A stretch of DNA of 64,000 nucleotides, from positions 192,001 to 256,000 of the forward strand of contig JAVJNR010000003.1 in the NCBI GenBank assembly GCA_040217195.1, given 5' to 3'. The stretch is from Leptospiraceae bacterium. Lineage in GTDB: Bacteria; Spirochaetota; Leptospiria; Leptospirales; Leptonemataceae. Position numbers and translations under genes: made by a program. The notes below the pieces were generated by a model. That model was not told where the DNA came from. It saw nothing but the letters and a program-made list of their open reading frames with translations, and searched no databases. Shown here in pieces: positions 1 through 10,726 of the stretch (within the stretch, counting starts at the first letter, position 1; every line of letters begins with the position of its first letter).

Positions 1-251
1 ACAATGAATTCACAAGATTCAACCGCGGCACTTTTCCCAGACGAGCCAGCTCCGATTCTGTGAGCCTCAGTCTTCCCATATCAATAAAATATAGAAGAAT
101 TCTCCTCCAGGCACTCCAAAACCCGGATGCTCTACACGTAAACTGCTCACTTCCGACCTCTGTCTTATTTCAGTTCATTGCTGATTTGATTCCGGAAAGA
201 AGAATTCTGACTCCTGGATGACAGATGCCCAATGTTATAATTAATGGTTAT

Positions 252-728
252 ATGAGACTTCCATCATTCTTAACGCTAATATTAATATCTACGGCCGGTG
301 CATGTATGAGCCCTGCAGCTTCTGGCATTGATCTTAATTCCGGCAAAGATCAAGTGACTGCGGAAACTAGCAATGATGACCTTAAACCTCCGTCGGACAT
401 TAACCAGAGTTATAGTTTTGCTGGTAGTTGCATCTATCCTCAGGGATTTTGCGTGCAGGTCTATGCTTCGGATCCCGCTGCCGCCATCACTCAACTAATT
501 GTAATGGGTAAAAAGAGCTGTAGAATCTTGCCTCCCGGCAAAGGTAAACCTCAATGCGCGGATCTATTTACGAAAGCCCGATGCATTGGAACTCCGTTTA
601 CGCCTGAGTATGCTTCTGCAGGAACGGAGATTCAGATGGACCTATATTTTGATTCGGTACCGGATGAAAAAGGAAAGGCAAGCTGCACAGATAATGGGGG
701 TACTTTTCAGCTACTTTCAAAAGGTTAG
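252..728 (+). CDS. Cys-rich hypothetical lipoprotein
   Basis: ATG at 252 gives MRLPSFLTLILISTAGAC (signal peptide ending in lipobox-like Cys); six further Cys in the mature part. Confidence 0.6.
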   Translation: MRLPSFLTLILISTAGACMSPAASGIDLNSGKDQVTAETSNDDLKPPSDINQSYSFAGSCIYPQGFCVQVYASDPAAAITQLIVMGKKSCRILPPGKGKPQCADLFTKARCIGTPFTPEYASAGTEIQMDLYFDSVPDEKGKASCTDNGGTFQLLSKG

Positions 729-758
729 AGTTTGTATCCTCCAATCAACAACGGATTA

Positions 759-1697
759 TCACTTCAGCATTGCAGCATTCTCTTGTGCGACTTTTCGCCC
801 CAGTTCGAAATTGACTCCACCGCGACGCATTCGATGAGGTCCGAGCCTTGGAGTTTCAGTGCGAAACCAGAGCACTTTTACACCCCGGGCACGTGCCATC
901 TCCAGTCTTAATCGAATTAATTCATCCGAGATGATTTCATGGGATCGCTCCAGGGCACTCAAGAAACTGAACTTTTCCGGAGCGGATTCAGGACCACTGC
1001 GATACAGTGTTTGATGATCCGGATTCATCCTGGCATCGCCTCGTACGGAAAGGTATTCCTTTCTGGATTTCTTTCTTTCCATTGCTACAGGTATCACTTG
1101 ATGCACTATTATCCGGCGTATTCTATCATTTTCCAGCCAGTGTTCAAACGGGATGGGATCTGCAATCCCCCCATCCCAGTATAGATCGCCATCGATTTCC
1201 TTGGCCTGAAACAAACCAGGCATGGCTGCACTGGCCATTACGTAGTCCCTGATCAAGCCGGACCGGGCGGTTTCCGTTCTGCCAGCAGTAAGGTTGGCTA
1301 CCGACAATGCAAGTGTAGGATTCTTGCAGTCTTCAATCCTACGATCGCCAATAAATTCTTTGAGCAGTGCCTGTACTTTTTTTCCATCAAATGCACCGGT
1401 AATCCCTTTGCGATTTAACATCAATGCTGGCATGCGATAAGCAGCCTTCCATTCCAGGAATACGCGAGATAACCTGGGATTCAGAAATTCACGAGCAATT
1501 TCATCCGGGGCCATACCACCTGCATAGAGACCGGCCACAATAGCACCTGCGGAGGCACCGGCAACATGATCCGGGAAAACTTCCAGTTCATGAAGGCCCT
1601 GTAAGAAGCCCGCATGGGCGTAGAAACCAAAATAAGAGGAATTCAGGCAAAGGGCCGTTTGCCCTTTGCGAAAGAAACGAAGCCAGCGAAGATTCAA
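759..1697 (-). CDS. Patatin-like phospholipase
   Basis: GASAG nucleophile motif, SAAMPGLF, and DGG motif. Confidence 0.9.
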   Translation of the reverse strand: MNLRWLRFFRKGQTALCLNSSYFGFYAHAGFLQGLHELEVFPDHVAGASAGAIVAGLYAGGMAPDEIAREFLNPRLSRVFLEWKAAYRMPALMLNRKGITGAFDGKKVQALLKEFIGDRRIEDCKNPTLALSVANLTAGRTETARSGLIRDYVMASAAMPGLFQAKEIDGDLYWDGGIADPIPFEHWLENDRIRRIIVHQVIPVAMERKKSRKEYLSVRGDARMNPDHQTLYRSGPESAPEKFSFLSALERSHEIISDELIRLRLEMARARGVKVLWFRTETPRLGPHRMRRGGVNFELGRKVAQENAAMLK

Positions 1698-1734
1698 ACG
1701 AATCTCTCCGGATTACTTTCTATTGAGTCGAAGA

Positions 1735-2115
1735 CTAAAGGGCCCACAGATTTGCTACCACTCGGTCGCCCTGGGCGAATACTTCCATGCCATACTTTTT
1801 CCCGTCCGGGCTTTCAAACGTACCTTCCTTTCCATAGTCTTGCTCTAACACTTTCCACCCTGCTTTCTTCATTGCATCCAGAATCATTGCATAGGGCAGA
1901 CTGATCTTATCCGGCTTAATAAACGGAAATACAAGCTGAAGCTCTGTTCCACTGGATCTTACCACCTGGGCTCCCTCAATCTCAAGATTGAGGGTACTCC
2001 AGGGCTTTGCCAGGCCATCTCGGGATTTCGCGGAATCCGAATCGCTGCCGCAGCCAGCGCTGAGCAGCAACAGGACAGACACCAGGCAAATAGACAGAAC
2101 GGTTCGGTTTCGCAT
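1735..2115 (-). CDS. Hypothetical lipoprotein
   Basis: MRNRTVLSICLVSVLLLLSAGC lipobox; co-oriented with the patatin gene. Confidence 0.7.
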   Translation of the reverse strand: MRNRTVLSICLVSVLLLLSAGCGSDSDSAKSRDGLAKPWSTLNLEIEGAQVVRSSGTELQLVFPFIKPDKISLPYAMILDAMKKAGWKVLEQDYGKEGTFESPDGKKYGMEVFAQGDRVVANLWAL

Positions 2116-2207
2116 ATTGAAAGGTTCCTCTGGTCCTGGTCCGGGGCAAGGAGTTTTCCATCTACCAATTCCAGACCGCAGTCAAAAAATGTGTTGCCTC
2201 GACGCAT

Positions 2208-2239
2208 ACATATCGTTTATCTGCGATATAACGATATGT
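2208..2239. promoter_or_regulatory. Putative ArsR operator (10-12-10 inverted repeat)
   Basis: ACATATCGTT-N12-AACGATATGT overlapping the ArsR start codon. Confidence 0.7.
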
Positions 2240-2547
2240 CTAAATTGCCTAAAAAGCCTACCCTGCCCGATCAGCAATTACAGGATTTTCTGGATGCTGT
2301 TTCCAGCCGAACCCGCCAGAAACTGCTTCTTGCTTTTCTGGACGGCAAAGGTAGGACCGTTAATGAGCTCGTAGAATACTCCGGACTGGGACAGTCCACC
2401 GTTTCGGCCCATCTTTCGGCCCTTTATCGCGGAGGCCTGTTACACCGAGAAAAGAAAGGTAAAGAGGTATACTATCAGCCGGATCGGCAATCCATTCGCA
2501 GCACCTTGCAGAGGCTTTCCAGTTATCTGGAAAATTGCTGTCCTTGA
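2236..2547 (+). CDS. ArsR/SmtB family transcriptional regulator
   Basis: wHTH pattern TVNELVEYSGLGQSTVSAHLSALYRGGLL..EKKGKEVYY; C-terminal CCP; ATG at 2236 preferred. Confidence 0.9.
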   Translation: MSKLPKKPTLPDQQLQDFLDAVSSRTRQKLLLAFLDGKGRTVNELVEYSGLGQSTVSAHLSALYRGGLLHREKKGKEVYYQPDRQSIRSTLQRLSSYLENCCP

Positions 2548-2698
2548 TTCTGGGAGAATTCACTGAGGCCCTCGGTTTTTCCGAGATGAAATATCGTTAC
2601 ATCTAGATACCTCGTTTTATAGGTCTTCCGGCAATACAGATGTCCGGTGACGAAACCAGGTACCTAAAATGTGATTCAATTCAGGAGGAATACAGAAG

Positions 2699-3622
2699 AT
2701 GAAACATAGGAAACATGAGCAAAGTCCGCGCGACAGGACAGCGCAAGAATCGATCCCGATCAAAATATTAAAATACTCCGGATTTCCGGTCCTTCTGGGA
2801 TCGGTTGCTCTGGCACTGAGCCAGGATTCGCCTGTTCTGGCTTACGTGGCTCTGGCAGTGGTGGTAGCTATCGGATGGCTGTTCGAAAGGACCATTCCTT
2901 ACGAAATGGAAAGACGTATCGAGCCGGGTGCCCTTATACAAGACACGACGTTTAGCATCGTTACGCTTCTTGTAGGACCGGCTCTGGGGGTATTTCTTTC
3001 CTGGACTCTATCTAGAATTGACCTGGCAGTGACGGACCTAACCGCTTTAACGTGGCTACTGCAATTACCGCTGGCTTTGATCGTATCTGGTTTTCTGCCC
3101 TACGTTTTGCACAGATTGGCCCATGAAAAGGACGGCATTCTCTGGAGAGCCCATAGCATTCATCATGCTCCTCGCAGCGTCTATTGGCTTAATGCGCTTC
3201 GACTGCATCCGTTGAACACAGCATGGAATACGACTGCCGGGCTTATCCCACTATTGCTGCTGGGCTTTGACCCGGGCATTATTTTTATGACAGGAGTACT
3301 CAACAACTTCATGTCCATAGCGAACCACTTTAATGCAGACTTAAGACTGGGACCTTTGAATTTAATTTTCAATTCTGGCCAACTTCATCGCTGGCACCAC
3401 AATCGGGATCTAAGCATAGCAAATCATAATTATTCCAGCGGGCTTCTGATCTTCTGGGACCTGATGTTTGGGACCTATCTAATGCCCGAGCGAAAACAAA
3501 CAAACAGCGAAGTAGGACTTATGAATGAATCTAGTTATCCAATGACCTCCATAAAGGAACAATTGATCTTCCCTTTTCGCGGATTCGGCACTTGTTGCCC
3601 AGGACCTGGTCTGGCCGCTTGA
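2699..3622 (+). CDS. Sterol desaturase / fatty-acid hydroxylase family membrane protein
   Basis: His boxes HRLAH, HSIHH, HRWHH; NYS..L.FWDLMFGT; multiple TM segments; AGGAGG RBS. Confidence 0.9.
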   Translation: MKHRKHEQSPRDRTAQESIPIKILKYSGFPVLLGSVALALSQDSPVLAYVALAVVVAIGWLFERTIPYEMERRIEPGALIQDTTFSIVTLLVGPALGVFLSWTLSRIDLAVTDLTALTWLLQLPLALIVSGFLPYVLHRLAHEKDGILWRAHSIHHAPRSVYWLNALRLHPLNTAWNTTAGLIPLLLLGFDPGIIFMTGVLNNFMSIANHFNADLRLGPLNLIFNSGQLHRWHHNRDLSIANHNYSSGLLIFWDLMFGTYLMPERKQTNSEVGLMNESSYPMTSIKEQLIFPFRGFGTCCPGPGLAA

Positions 3623-3661
3623 TTCGCAAGTTTAGATTAAATCGAATCGCCCTTTCGATGG

Positions 3662-3690
3662 AACTCCGGCACTCAGTCATGCCGGGGTTT
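3662..3690. terminator. Hairpin between convergent genes (putative bidirectional terminator)
   Basis: AACTCCGGCA-ctcagtca-TGCCGGGGTTT. Confidence 0.5.
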
Positions 3691-3713
3691 CACCAATTTC
3701 TAGCAACCTGCTT

Positions 3714-4391
3714 TCATAATAGATCCAGAATCTTTGTTGTAAATGGTGTGTAATCCAGGTCCGACTCACGCTCAAACGAAAGCAATGGCAAAGGAACTAT
3801 CTTGCCATTCAGGTAAATCGTGCCTTTAAGATTGAAATCTACAAATTCATTGTCATAACGATCAAAAAACAATTTAAAGCGAGTCCCACCAGTTTCTGTG
3901 GTCTCTTCATAGGCCGATGCTACTTTTGATTCTATTTGATAGTCGTCCGGAAAGGTTTCTCCAAACTCCTGGGCACGGAGGCTAGCCAACCATTCATCCT
4001 TCTTTAAATCAATTCTGGAACCAGGGCTGGTCTCAAATTCTATCCAGACTTCCAGGGGTCTTGGTAAATCCCTGGTTACAGGCAGAACGGGAATTAAACA
4101 GGGCCCCATGCTGTGCTGCCAGGTTCCAGAGAGAGGAACATTTATCCGAACCTGAAAGTCTTCCGTTCGATAAATCGCTGAGTTTTCGCTCACCTGCCAG
4201 CCAGCTTCCTGAATGGGAACCATGGAATAATGGGATCGCAATGAGCTACAGCTACCCAGCAGAATGAAAGATAGGCCAACCAGTGCCAGGGCAGCTGTCT
4301 TTCGCGGAAGCCTATAATTTGCAGACGAGCGAATCAATTCAGAGAAAGGAATAGAAGAATACAGCCTGTAGAATCGGTCCGGGATATTCAC
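3714..4391 (-). CDS. Hypothetical lipoprotein (start uncertain)
   Basis: ALALVGLSFILLGSC lipobox-like segment; 225-aa ORF. Confidence 0.65.
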   Translation of the reverse strand: MNIPDRFYRLYSSIPFSELIRSSANYRLPRKTAALALVGLSFILLGSCSSLRSHYSMVPIQEAGWQVSENSAIYRTEDFQVRINVPLSGTWQHSMGPCLIPVLPVTRDLPRPLEVWIEFETSPGSRIDLKKDEWLASLRAQEFGETFPDDYQIESKVASAYEETTETGGTRFKLFFDRYDNEFVDFNLKGTIYLNGKIVPLPLLSFERESDLDYTPFTTKILDLL

Positions 4392-4641
4392 AGAAAGAAA
4401 CTGTCAGAACCGATAATGATGTCAAACAGGAACCGATAGTCCGGTCGCTCCACAAGTTCTATTTCAGATAATTCTTTCATTCAATCGTCTATCTCCTTTT
4501 TTCAATTGGCCAGCATACAGGAAAAACTGTCAACCCCGGTCCGAAGAATCGCCCGGTTCCTCCGGATTACTGCCCTCCCGAAGGAGCCGAACAATAAAGA
4601 AAAAATCGTGACTTTTATACCATACGCCCGAATCCTATACT

Positions 4642-5976
4642 ATGGATGCACAGTACAAGTATTTGATCATAGGCGCGGATGCAGCGGGCAATTCGGCTGT
4701 TGGGCAGATCCGTAGAAATGACAAAGAAGGTACCATAGGGATTCTGGAAAAAACTGAGATCATTTCCTATGGCGCCTGCGGTCTTCCCTATGCGATCAGC
4801 GGCTCCGTTAAATCCTTTGATGATCTAATACATTTTGATGGCCCCACGTTTGGGCAAAAAACAAAATCAGATGTATTGTTGAACCATGAAGCCATTGCAG
4901 TGGATACGAATTCTAGATCCGTCACCGCCAGAACTCCAGAAGGAGAGAAACAATTTGGCTACGAAAAGCTAATGATAGGGACCGGTGCACCGGCTCTGCG
5001 ATTGCCATTTATTGATTACGCCTCTCAGCGAGTCTTCGAATTGAAAACTGTTCCGGACGGACGGGCCATACATTCCTTTATTGAAAATCAAAAACCGAAG
5101 AAAGTTGCCATCATCGGTGCAGGTTATATTGGACTTGAAGCAGCTGAAAATTTTCAGGAACTGGGTATTCAGGTCACTATATTTGAAGCTCTGGATAGAC
5201 CCGTGCCTCGCCTGCCAGAAAGCCTTTCCAAATCCATAGTGTCTCAGATGAAGGATCATAACATCGAGTTTCATGCGAATACCGGTGTAAAATCGGTGAA
5301 AGAAACAGGCAATGGAATTGAACTGGGAACAGACCAGGGCATTGAAACTTTCGATTTTCTACTTGTAGCAGTAGGAGTGCGGCCGGCCACCTCCTTTCTC
5401 GAAGGTTCAGAAATCCAATTGCAGAAAGGCGCCATTGTAGTTGATCAGTACGGGCTAACCAACGTTGCTGAAGTCTATTCCGGCGGTGATTGCGCTCTGG
5501 TGTATCACAAACTCTTGAAGAAGCCAGTTTATTATCCCCTGGGGCATACTGCGAATAAACAAGGACGCATTGCAGGAATGAATATGAGCGGCGAACATTT
5601 ACCCTTTCCGGGCATCGTCGGTACCCAGGTATTCAAATTCTTTGATCGTGCGTATGCATTGACTGGACTTACAGCTCTCGAGGCGCTGGAGGCAGGATAC
5701 GAATTCGAAGAAACAAGCGCCATGCGACCCTCCAGGGCAGGCTATTATCCAGGCTCGGACAAAGTTAAGATGACCTTGCTTTTGAATAAAAAAGATGGAA
5801 CTCTACTTGGGGCGGCTATGTTCGGTCCTCTTGATAGCTACGGATTGATCGATGCTGCCTCAGCACTGATCAACATGGGGGCTCGAGCCGATGAAATTGC
5901 CTGGATGGACTTTGCCTATGCGCCTCCATTCGCCCCGGTATGGAATGCTTTGATTTCGGCTGCGGGTAAAAGCTAA
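4642..5976 (+). CDS. CoA-disulfide reductase / NADH oxidase family flavoprotein
   Basis: SYGACGLPY redox Cys, GAGYIGLE NAD-binding motif, GGDC, C-terminal YAPPF. Confidence 0.9.
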   Translation: MDAQYKYLIIGADAAGNSAVGQIRRNDKEGTIGILEKTEIISYGACGLPYAISGSVKSFDDLIHFDGPTFGQKTKSDVLLNHEAIAVDTNSRSVTARTPEGEKQFGYEKLMIGTGAPALRLPFIDYASQRVFELKTVPDGRAIHSFIENQKPKKVAIIGAGYIGLEAAENFQELGIQVTIFEALDRPVPRLPESLSKSIVSQMKDHNIEFHANTGVKSVKETGNGIELGTDQGIETFDFLLVAVGVRPATSFLEGSEIQLQKGAIVVDQYGLTNVAEVYSGGDCALVYHKLLKKPVYYPLGHTANKQGRIAGMNMSGEHLPFPGIVGTQVFKFFDRAYALTGLTALEALEAGYEFEETSAMRPSRAGYYPGSDKVKMTLLLNKKDGTLLGAAMFGPLDSYGLIDAASALINMGARADEIAWMDFAYAPPFAPVWNALISAAGKS

Positions 5977-6043
5977 ATAGCCGTTACTTCGAAATTCCGA
6001 TTCCGCTTGACCTTTTTTCCTCTGGCGGTCTCTGTATTTCCGG

Positions 6044-8175
6044 ATGAAAGCCAAACCCAGTACCGGTAACGCATTTTTAGCCCTTAGTTGGCGACTGGAG
6101 CTGTTCACTCATATAGTTCCTGTACCCATTTCCATTTATTTTTCGGCCACTCTGGTTCCCATGACTGAGGATCAGAGAATGACTGCATTTATTGCAGGTA
6201 CAATCAGCGGAACTCTAATGTTAATTCTGGGTATGGCCTGGCGTTACCTCAGGCTTCGGAAAGTACAGAAATTCCTGGCTCAGGGGGATCTACTAAAGCA
6301 TAAGAAGGGGCTATTGAATCATCCTCTTCAGGAGGCAATCGTAATTGCATTACGCTGGCTAACTGGAGTACCACTTGCGCATTTGATGTTCGCTTACCAC
6401 TATGGAGAGTTTCATTGGGCCCTCCATGCATCCACTCCGTTCTTGCTTTTGATTATTACTCCAGTATCCATGGCAGCCTATTTCTATATTTCTGAAAGCG
6501 TTCTGCGAAAGCCATTAAGTGGCCCGGATCTAAGAAGTCTTCCGGTACCAGGTCTGTTCCGTCTGGGCTATTTTCCAAGGCTTCTATTTACGGTGGTGGC
6601 TCTTATGCTCATGCCACTTACAATGCAGACCTATCTGATCTATCAATTCATCTATGGAAAGCTTCAGATTTCCAACCCTCTGTTTCATATTGGCATCGTA
6701 CTGATTCTATTTCTGATACCCACAGTCATTGCTGCTTTCGCCGTGGCCCGGGCGGTGCGGGCCGGCCTGGGAGATACAAGGGATGTGCTTTCCAGGCTGG
6801 GTGAGGGACACTTTGATATGTCTGCTTCGGCCAGAACTGCAGATGAATTCGGCGAGCAGGCTATCCATCTGAACAATGTAATTGAACGTCTTCGCACAAT
6901 GTACGAAAAGATAGAAGACATGAATCAGAATCTAGAAAAGCAGGTGAAGGATAGAACTTTACAACTGGAGAATACGCTCAAGGATGTAAGAGCGCTTAAA
7001 GCTCAGCAGGACGGGGATTACTATCTGACTTCGCATTTACTTAGACCACTTTCTTCTCAAGAAATAAAAAGCGAAACCGTGCAGATCGAGCAATTTGTAA
7101 AGCAGAAGAAGGAATTTCAGTTCGCGATCAATATGGAGAAATTGGCGGAGACCTGTGCACGGCCCATGAGCTCAGTCTCAGGGACCGATACTATGTAGTA
7201 TTCTTAAACGGTGATGCCATGGGAAAGTCCATCCAGGGAGCCGGCGGCGCAATTGTAATGGGAACCGTATTCAAATCCATTGTGGCCCGGACCGATATGG
7301 TGGCTTCGCAGAGATCCAGATTTCCAGAGCAATGGCTAAGAGATGCCTATACAGAACTGCAGACCGTTTTCGCCGCCTTTGATGGATTTATGCAGGCCTC
7401 TGCAAGCATTGGCTTAATCGATGAAGTCAATGGTTTTCTATATTTCATTAATGCAGATCATCCGGGTCTGGTACTCTATCGTAATGAGAAGGCCAGCTTT
7501 TTACCGGACGAAAGAAGTACAATGCGATTTGGGATTGAAGGGCTGGGAAATGAGTTTCACTTAAATACATTTCAGTTGCAGGCCGGTGATGTGATCTTAG
7601 CAGGTTCGGATGGCAGAGATGACCTGGTCGTAGGCACAGGTCCGGATGGAGTTCGGCAATTCAATGATGATGAAAACGCAATTCTTCAACATGTTGAAAA
7701 GACCGGAGCCGATCTCGCCGCTATGGTAGAATCTCTGGAACAATCCGGCGAGCTGGCGGATGATTTGAGTTTGCTGCGTATTTCCTTTCGAGAAAATGAA
7801 GTGGGCAACAGCGTGAACGGTACTGGAGATTTGCTGGAACGGGCCGCTTCTGCTTACAGAAATCGAGAATTTCTTAAGTCCGCAGGATTATACTCTGAGT
7901 ATGCAGGTCAGGATCCTTCCCGTGTTGATGTTTTTTTTCAGGCATCCTATTGCTATAAACTTGGACGGAGTTATGAGCTTGCTTGCGACTTCGGAGAAAG
8001 ATGCAGGATTCGTGATCCCCATCTGGTAAAGAACCTGATTAATCTTGGAGATGTTTACCGGCTTATGGGCGATCGATTCCGGGCACGAACCCTACTGGAA
8101 CAAGCCCTGTTATTGGAACCCGAGAACTCTTCGGCCAGGCAACTTGCATCTGCACTACAGCATCCAGCCGCCTGA
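6044..8175 (+). pseudogene. Membrane HAMP-SpoIIE (PP2C) phosphatase with C-terminal TPR, split by a 1-nt frameshift near 7123
   Basis: TM segments and HAMP (DEFGEQA..LN) in 6044-7198. From 7123 the other frame reads RDQYGEIGGDLCTAHE..FLNGDAMGKSIQGAGG and continues into 7219-8175 (GSDG, DDLSLL, TPR). Confidence 0.8.
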
Positions 8176-8307
8176 AAGAAAAAGTGTTTGCTAGAACCGG
8201 GGCCCAGGCTAGGTTCCGGGCTCTGAGATGACTTCCTCTTTGATCTGGACATTGATTGCTGTGTATGCAGGTTTCTTCTATCTACTACACTGGATGGAGA
8301 AGCGACT

Positions 8308-8895
8308 ATGATTCTGGGGCACTATGCGGCCGCCTATATCGCCCGGCCACACAATCGAATGGCTCCTTTCTGGTTATTATTGCTTTGTTCTAACCTGGCC
8401 GAGTTCCTATGGCTTGGGCTGGCCCTGGCCGGTGTGGAATCACCGGAACCATCGTCTTTGCTGGATGCCACCTTTCAAAATTTGAAAGTGCATATGACTT
8501 ACAGTCACAATCTGCTGCCCAATTTAACCCTGGGGATTCTGGCATACATTGTCATCTTTTTCGCTTACCGTTCTCAGAAGCTTGCTCTATGGTGCGGATT
8601 TCTCACCGTTTCGCACGTATGGCTGGATTTTATTGTAGGGTTCGAGCACCAAATTCTTGGACCGGAAAGTCTGAGCATTGGTCTGAATTCCTACGCCAGG
8701 TTCCCTCATCTGGCGGTGATCCTTGAATGGCTTTTCTCTGTGGGCTGTCTGTTGTACTATTTTAGAGCAGAGTCCATGGCCAATCGGACCGTTTCGGCCA
8801 GGAAGAAAGGAGCGCTTCTCATCGCCTTTTCTGTGGGAGTGCTTATCTGGCTGCCGAATGCCACCATTCCCATGCGAGAACTGCTTCCGTTTTGA
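8308..8895 (+). CDS. Membrane protein, metal-dependent hydrolase-like
   Basis: N-terminal GH, YSHNL and SHVWLD motifs within a multi-TM protein. Confidence 0.65.
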   Translation: MILGHYAAAYIARPHNRMAPFWLLLLCSNLAEFLWLGLALAGVESPEPSSLLDATFQNLKVHMTYSHNLLPNLTLGILAYIVIFFAYRSQKLALWCGFLTVSHVWLDFIVGFEHQILGPESLSIGLNSYARFPHLAVILEWLFSVGCLLYYFRAESMANRTVSARKKGALLIAFSVGVLIWLPNATIPMRELLPF

Positions 8896-9092
8896 TTCTG
8901 GCTAGGATTAACATCGCAATCCTGACGACTCTGTGACGGAATCCAGGTCGTAATCCAGACTGCTCGGTAATTGGACTCAAATTCGCACTCGGACTATTCC
9001 TGGCTCTTGTTTAGTTCGACCTGCCGCAATATTTTTCGCTTTTTAACAGAACTGTAGTTGCTTTTCGGGAAAGTTCTCCCAAAGCTGACACC

Positions 9093-9782
9093 ATGTCATC
9101 GCAACTATTTCTGTACGCTTTCTTCGCACTGAGTGCGGCCCATATCATTGGAGAGCTATTGCAGGACCCTATCCGTAAACGGATTCGCATGAGTACCAAA
9201 CCATTTCTAATGCCAGCTCTGATCGCATACAGTCTCTTGCATACAGATGAGCCAAACTGGTGGATTGTTGGAGGATTGCTATTGGGATGGGTTGGCGATG
9301 TAGTTTTGATGTATCCGAAAGTTGCCATAATGTTTCTCATTGGCCTGGCCTCTTTTCTCGTAGGTCATGGTCTCTATATCTATGCCTTCCTGGAATCCAC
9401 TGGTTTTCTGCAGAGTATGCCGGTATGGTTTATGGCCCTTTCAGCTGTATTCGCACTGGCAGCTGCAGCAATATTTGCCTACTTTAAGCCACATCTAACA
9501 GGCGAAAATGCTGACAAAAAGATTCCGGTGGCGCTTTACTCGGCAATAATCATGGCCATGAGCTACACTTCTCTGGCCATCTGGCTGAATGGCTCTGGCT
9601 CTGGAGTTTTCTTTGTGGCTCTTCCTTTCATCGGATCTCTATTCTTTATTGTTTCCGATGTCATTCTGGCAAAGCTGCTCTTTATCAAACCATTCAAATT
9701 CGATAAGGCCATCAACATGACTACCTACCTGGCCGGTCAATTCTTCATCGCGCAGGCGTATCTGCCCTATCCGTTTGGCTGA
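9093..9782 (+). CDS. Lysoplasmalogenase (YhhN/TMEM86) family, copy 1
   Basis: TKPFLMP, GDVVL, SFLVGH, FIVSD, TYLAGQ motifs. Confidence 0.9.
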   Translation: MSSQLFLYAFFALSAAHIIGELLQDPIRKRIRMSTKPFLMPALIAYSLLHTDEPNWWIVGGLLLGWVGDVVLMYPKVAIMFLIGLASFLVGHGLYIYAFLESTGFLQSMPVWFMALSAVFALAAAAIFAYFKPHLTGENADKKIPVALYSAIIMAMSYTSLAIWLNGSGSGVFFVALPFIGSLFFIVSDVILAKLLFIKPFKFDKAINMTTYLAGQFFIAQAYLPYPFG

Positions 9783-9927
9783 TCCAGGAGTTGTGCTGGA
9801 ATTCTGGATTGATGGTCGGTAAAGAAAGAGCGGATTCAAACCGAAAAGTTACTGCCCCTTTCCAAATAAATTCCGGTGTAGATAGAACAGTAGTTGGCCT
9901 GCAGAATGCGTCATCCAATCTCATACC

Positions 9928-10617
9928 ATGTCATCCCAACTGTTTCTATATGTCTTTTTTGCTCTCAGTGCAATTCACGTAATAGGAGAGTTCCTGCAGG
10001 ACCCGCTTCGCAAGCGGATTCGCATAAGTACCAAGCCATTGCTTATGCCGGCTTTGATCGCCTATAACCTATTACATACCAGTGATCCAAACTGGTGGAT
10101 TGTGGGCGGATTGCTCCTTGGTTGGGTGGGCGATGTAGTTCTAATGTTTCCCAGGATTGCCATAATGTTTCTCATTGGCCTGGCATCCTTTCTGGTGGGT
10201 CATGCTCTATTCATCTATGCATTTTTAGAATCCACAGCGTATCTGCAAGGAATGCCAATCTGGTTCATGGGGCTGTCAGCCGTATTCGCTTTTGCCGCAG
10301 CCGCTTTCTTTACATACTTCAAACCACATCTTACAGGTGACAATGCAGATAAGAAGATTCCAGTGGCTCTCTATGCATCCATTATCGTGGCCATGAGTTA
10401 TACATCCCTGGCTATCTGGTTAAACGGATCCGGTTCGGGAATTTTCTTTGTAGCTCTGCCCTTCATAGGATCGCTATGCTTCATTGTATCCGATTTCCTG
10501 CTGGCCAATCAGCTTTTTATCAAGCCGTTTAAGTATGACCAGGCAATTATTATGCTAACCTATCTAGCAGCTCAGTATTCTATCGCACAGGGTTATCTGC
10601 CTTATCCATTTGGTTGA
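9928..10617 (+). CDS. Lysoplasmalogenase (YhhN/TMEM86) family, copy 2
   Basis: Same motifs; 229 aa and colinear with copy 1. Confidence 0.9.
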   Translation: MSSQLFLYVFFALSAIHVIGEFLQDPLRKRIRISTKPLLMPALIAYNLLHTSDPNWWIVGGLLLGWVGDVVLMFPRIAIMFLIGLASFLVGHALFIYAFLESTAYLQGMPIWFMGLSAVFAFAAAAFFTYFKPHLTGDNADKKIPVALYASIIVAMSYTSLAIWLNGSGSGIFFVALPFIGSLCFIVSDFLLANQLFIKPFKYDQAIIMLTYLAAQYSIAQGYLPYPFG

Positions 10618-10726
10618 TGGCAGCGCTCCAATTAGCAGATAGAACTCTACAGAAAGGGGCGGACGCGAAGTAGATACCAATCGGAAAGACAGGGTCGCCC
10701 CCTCGTCGCCTGACTAAACTTGCACT

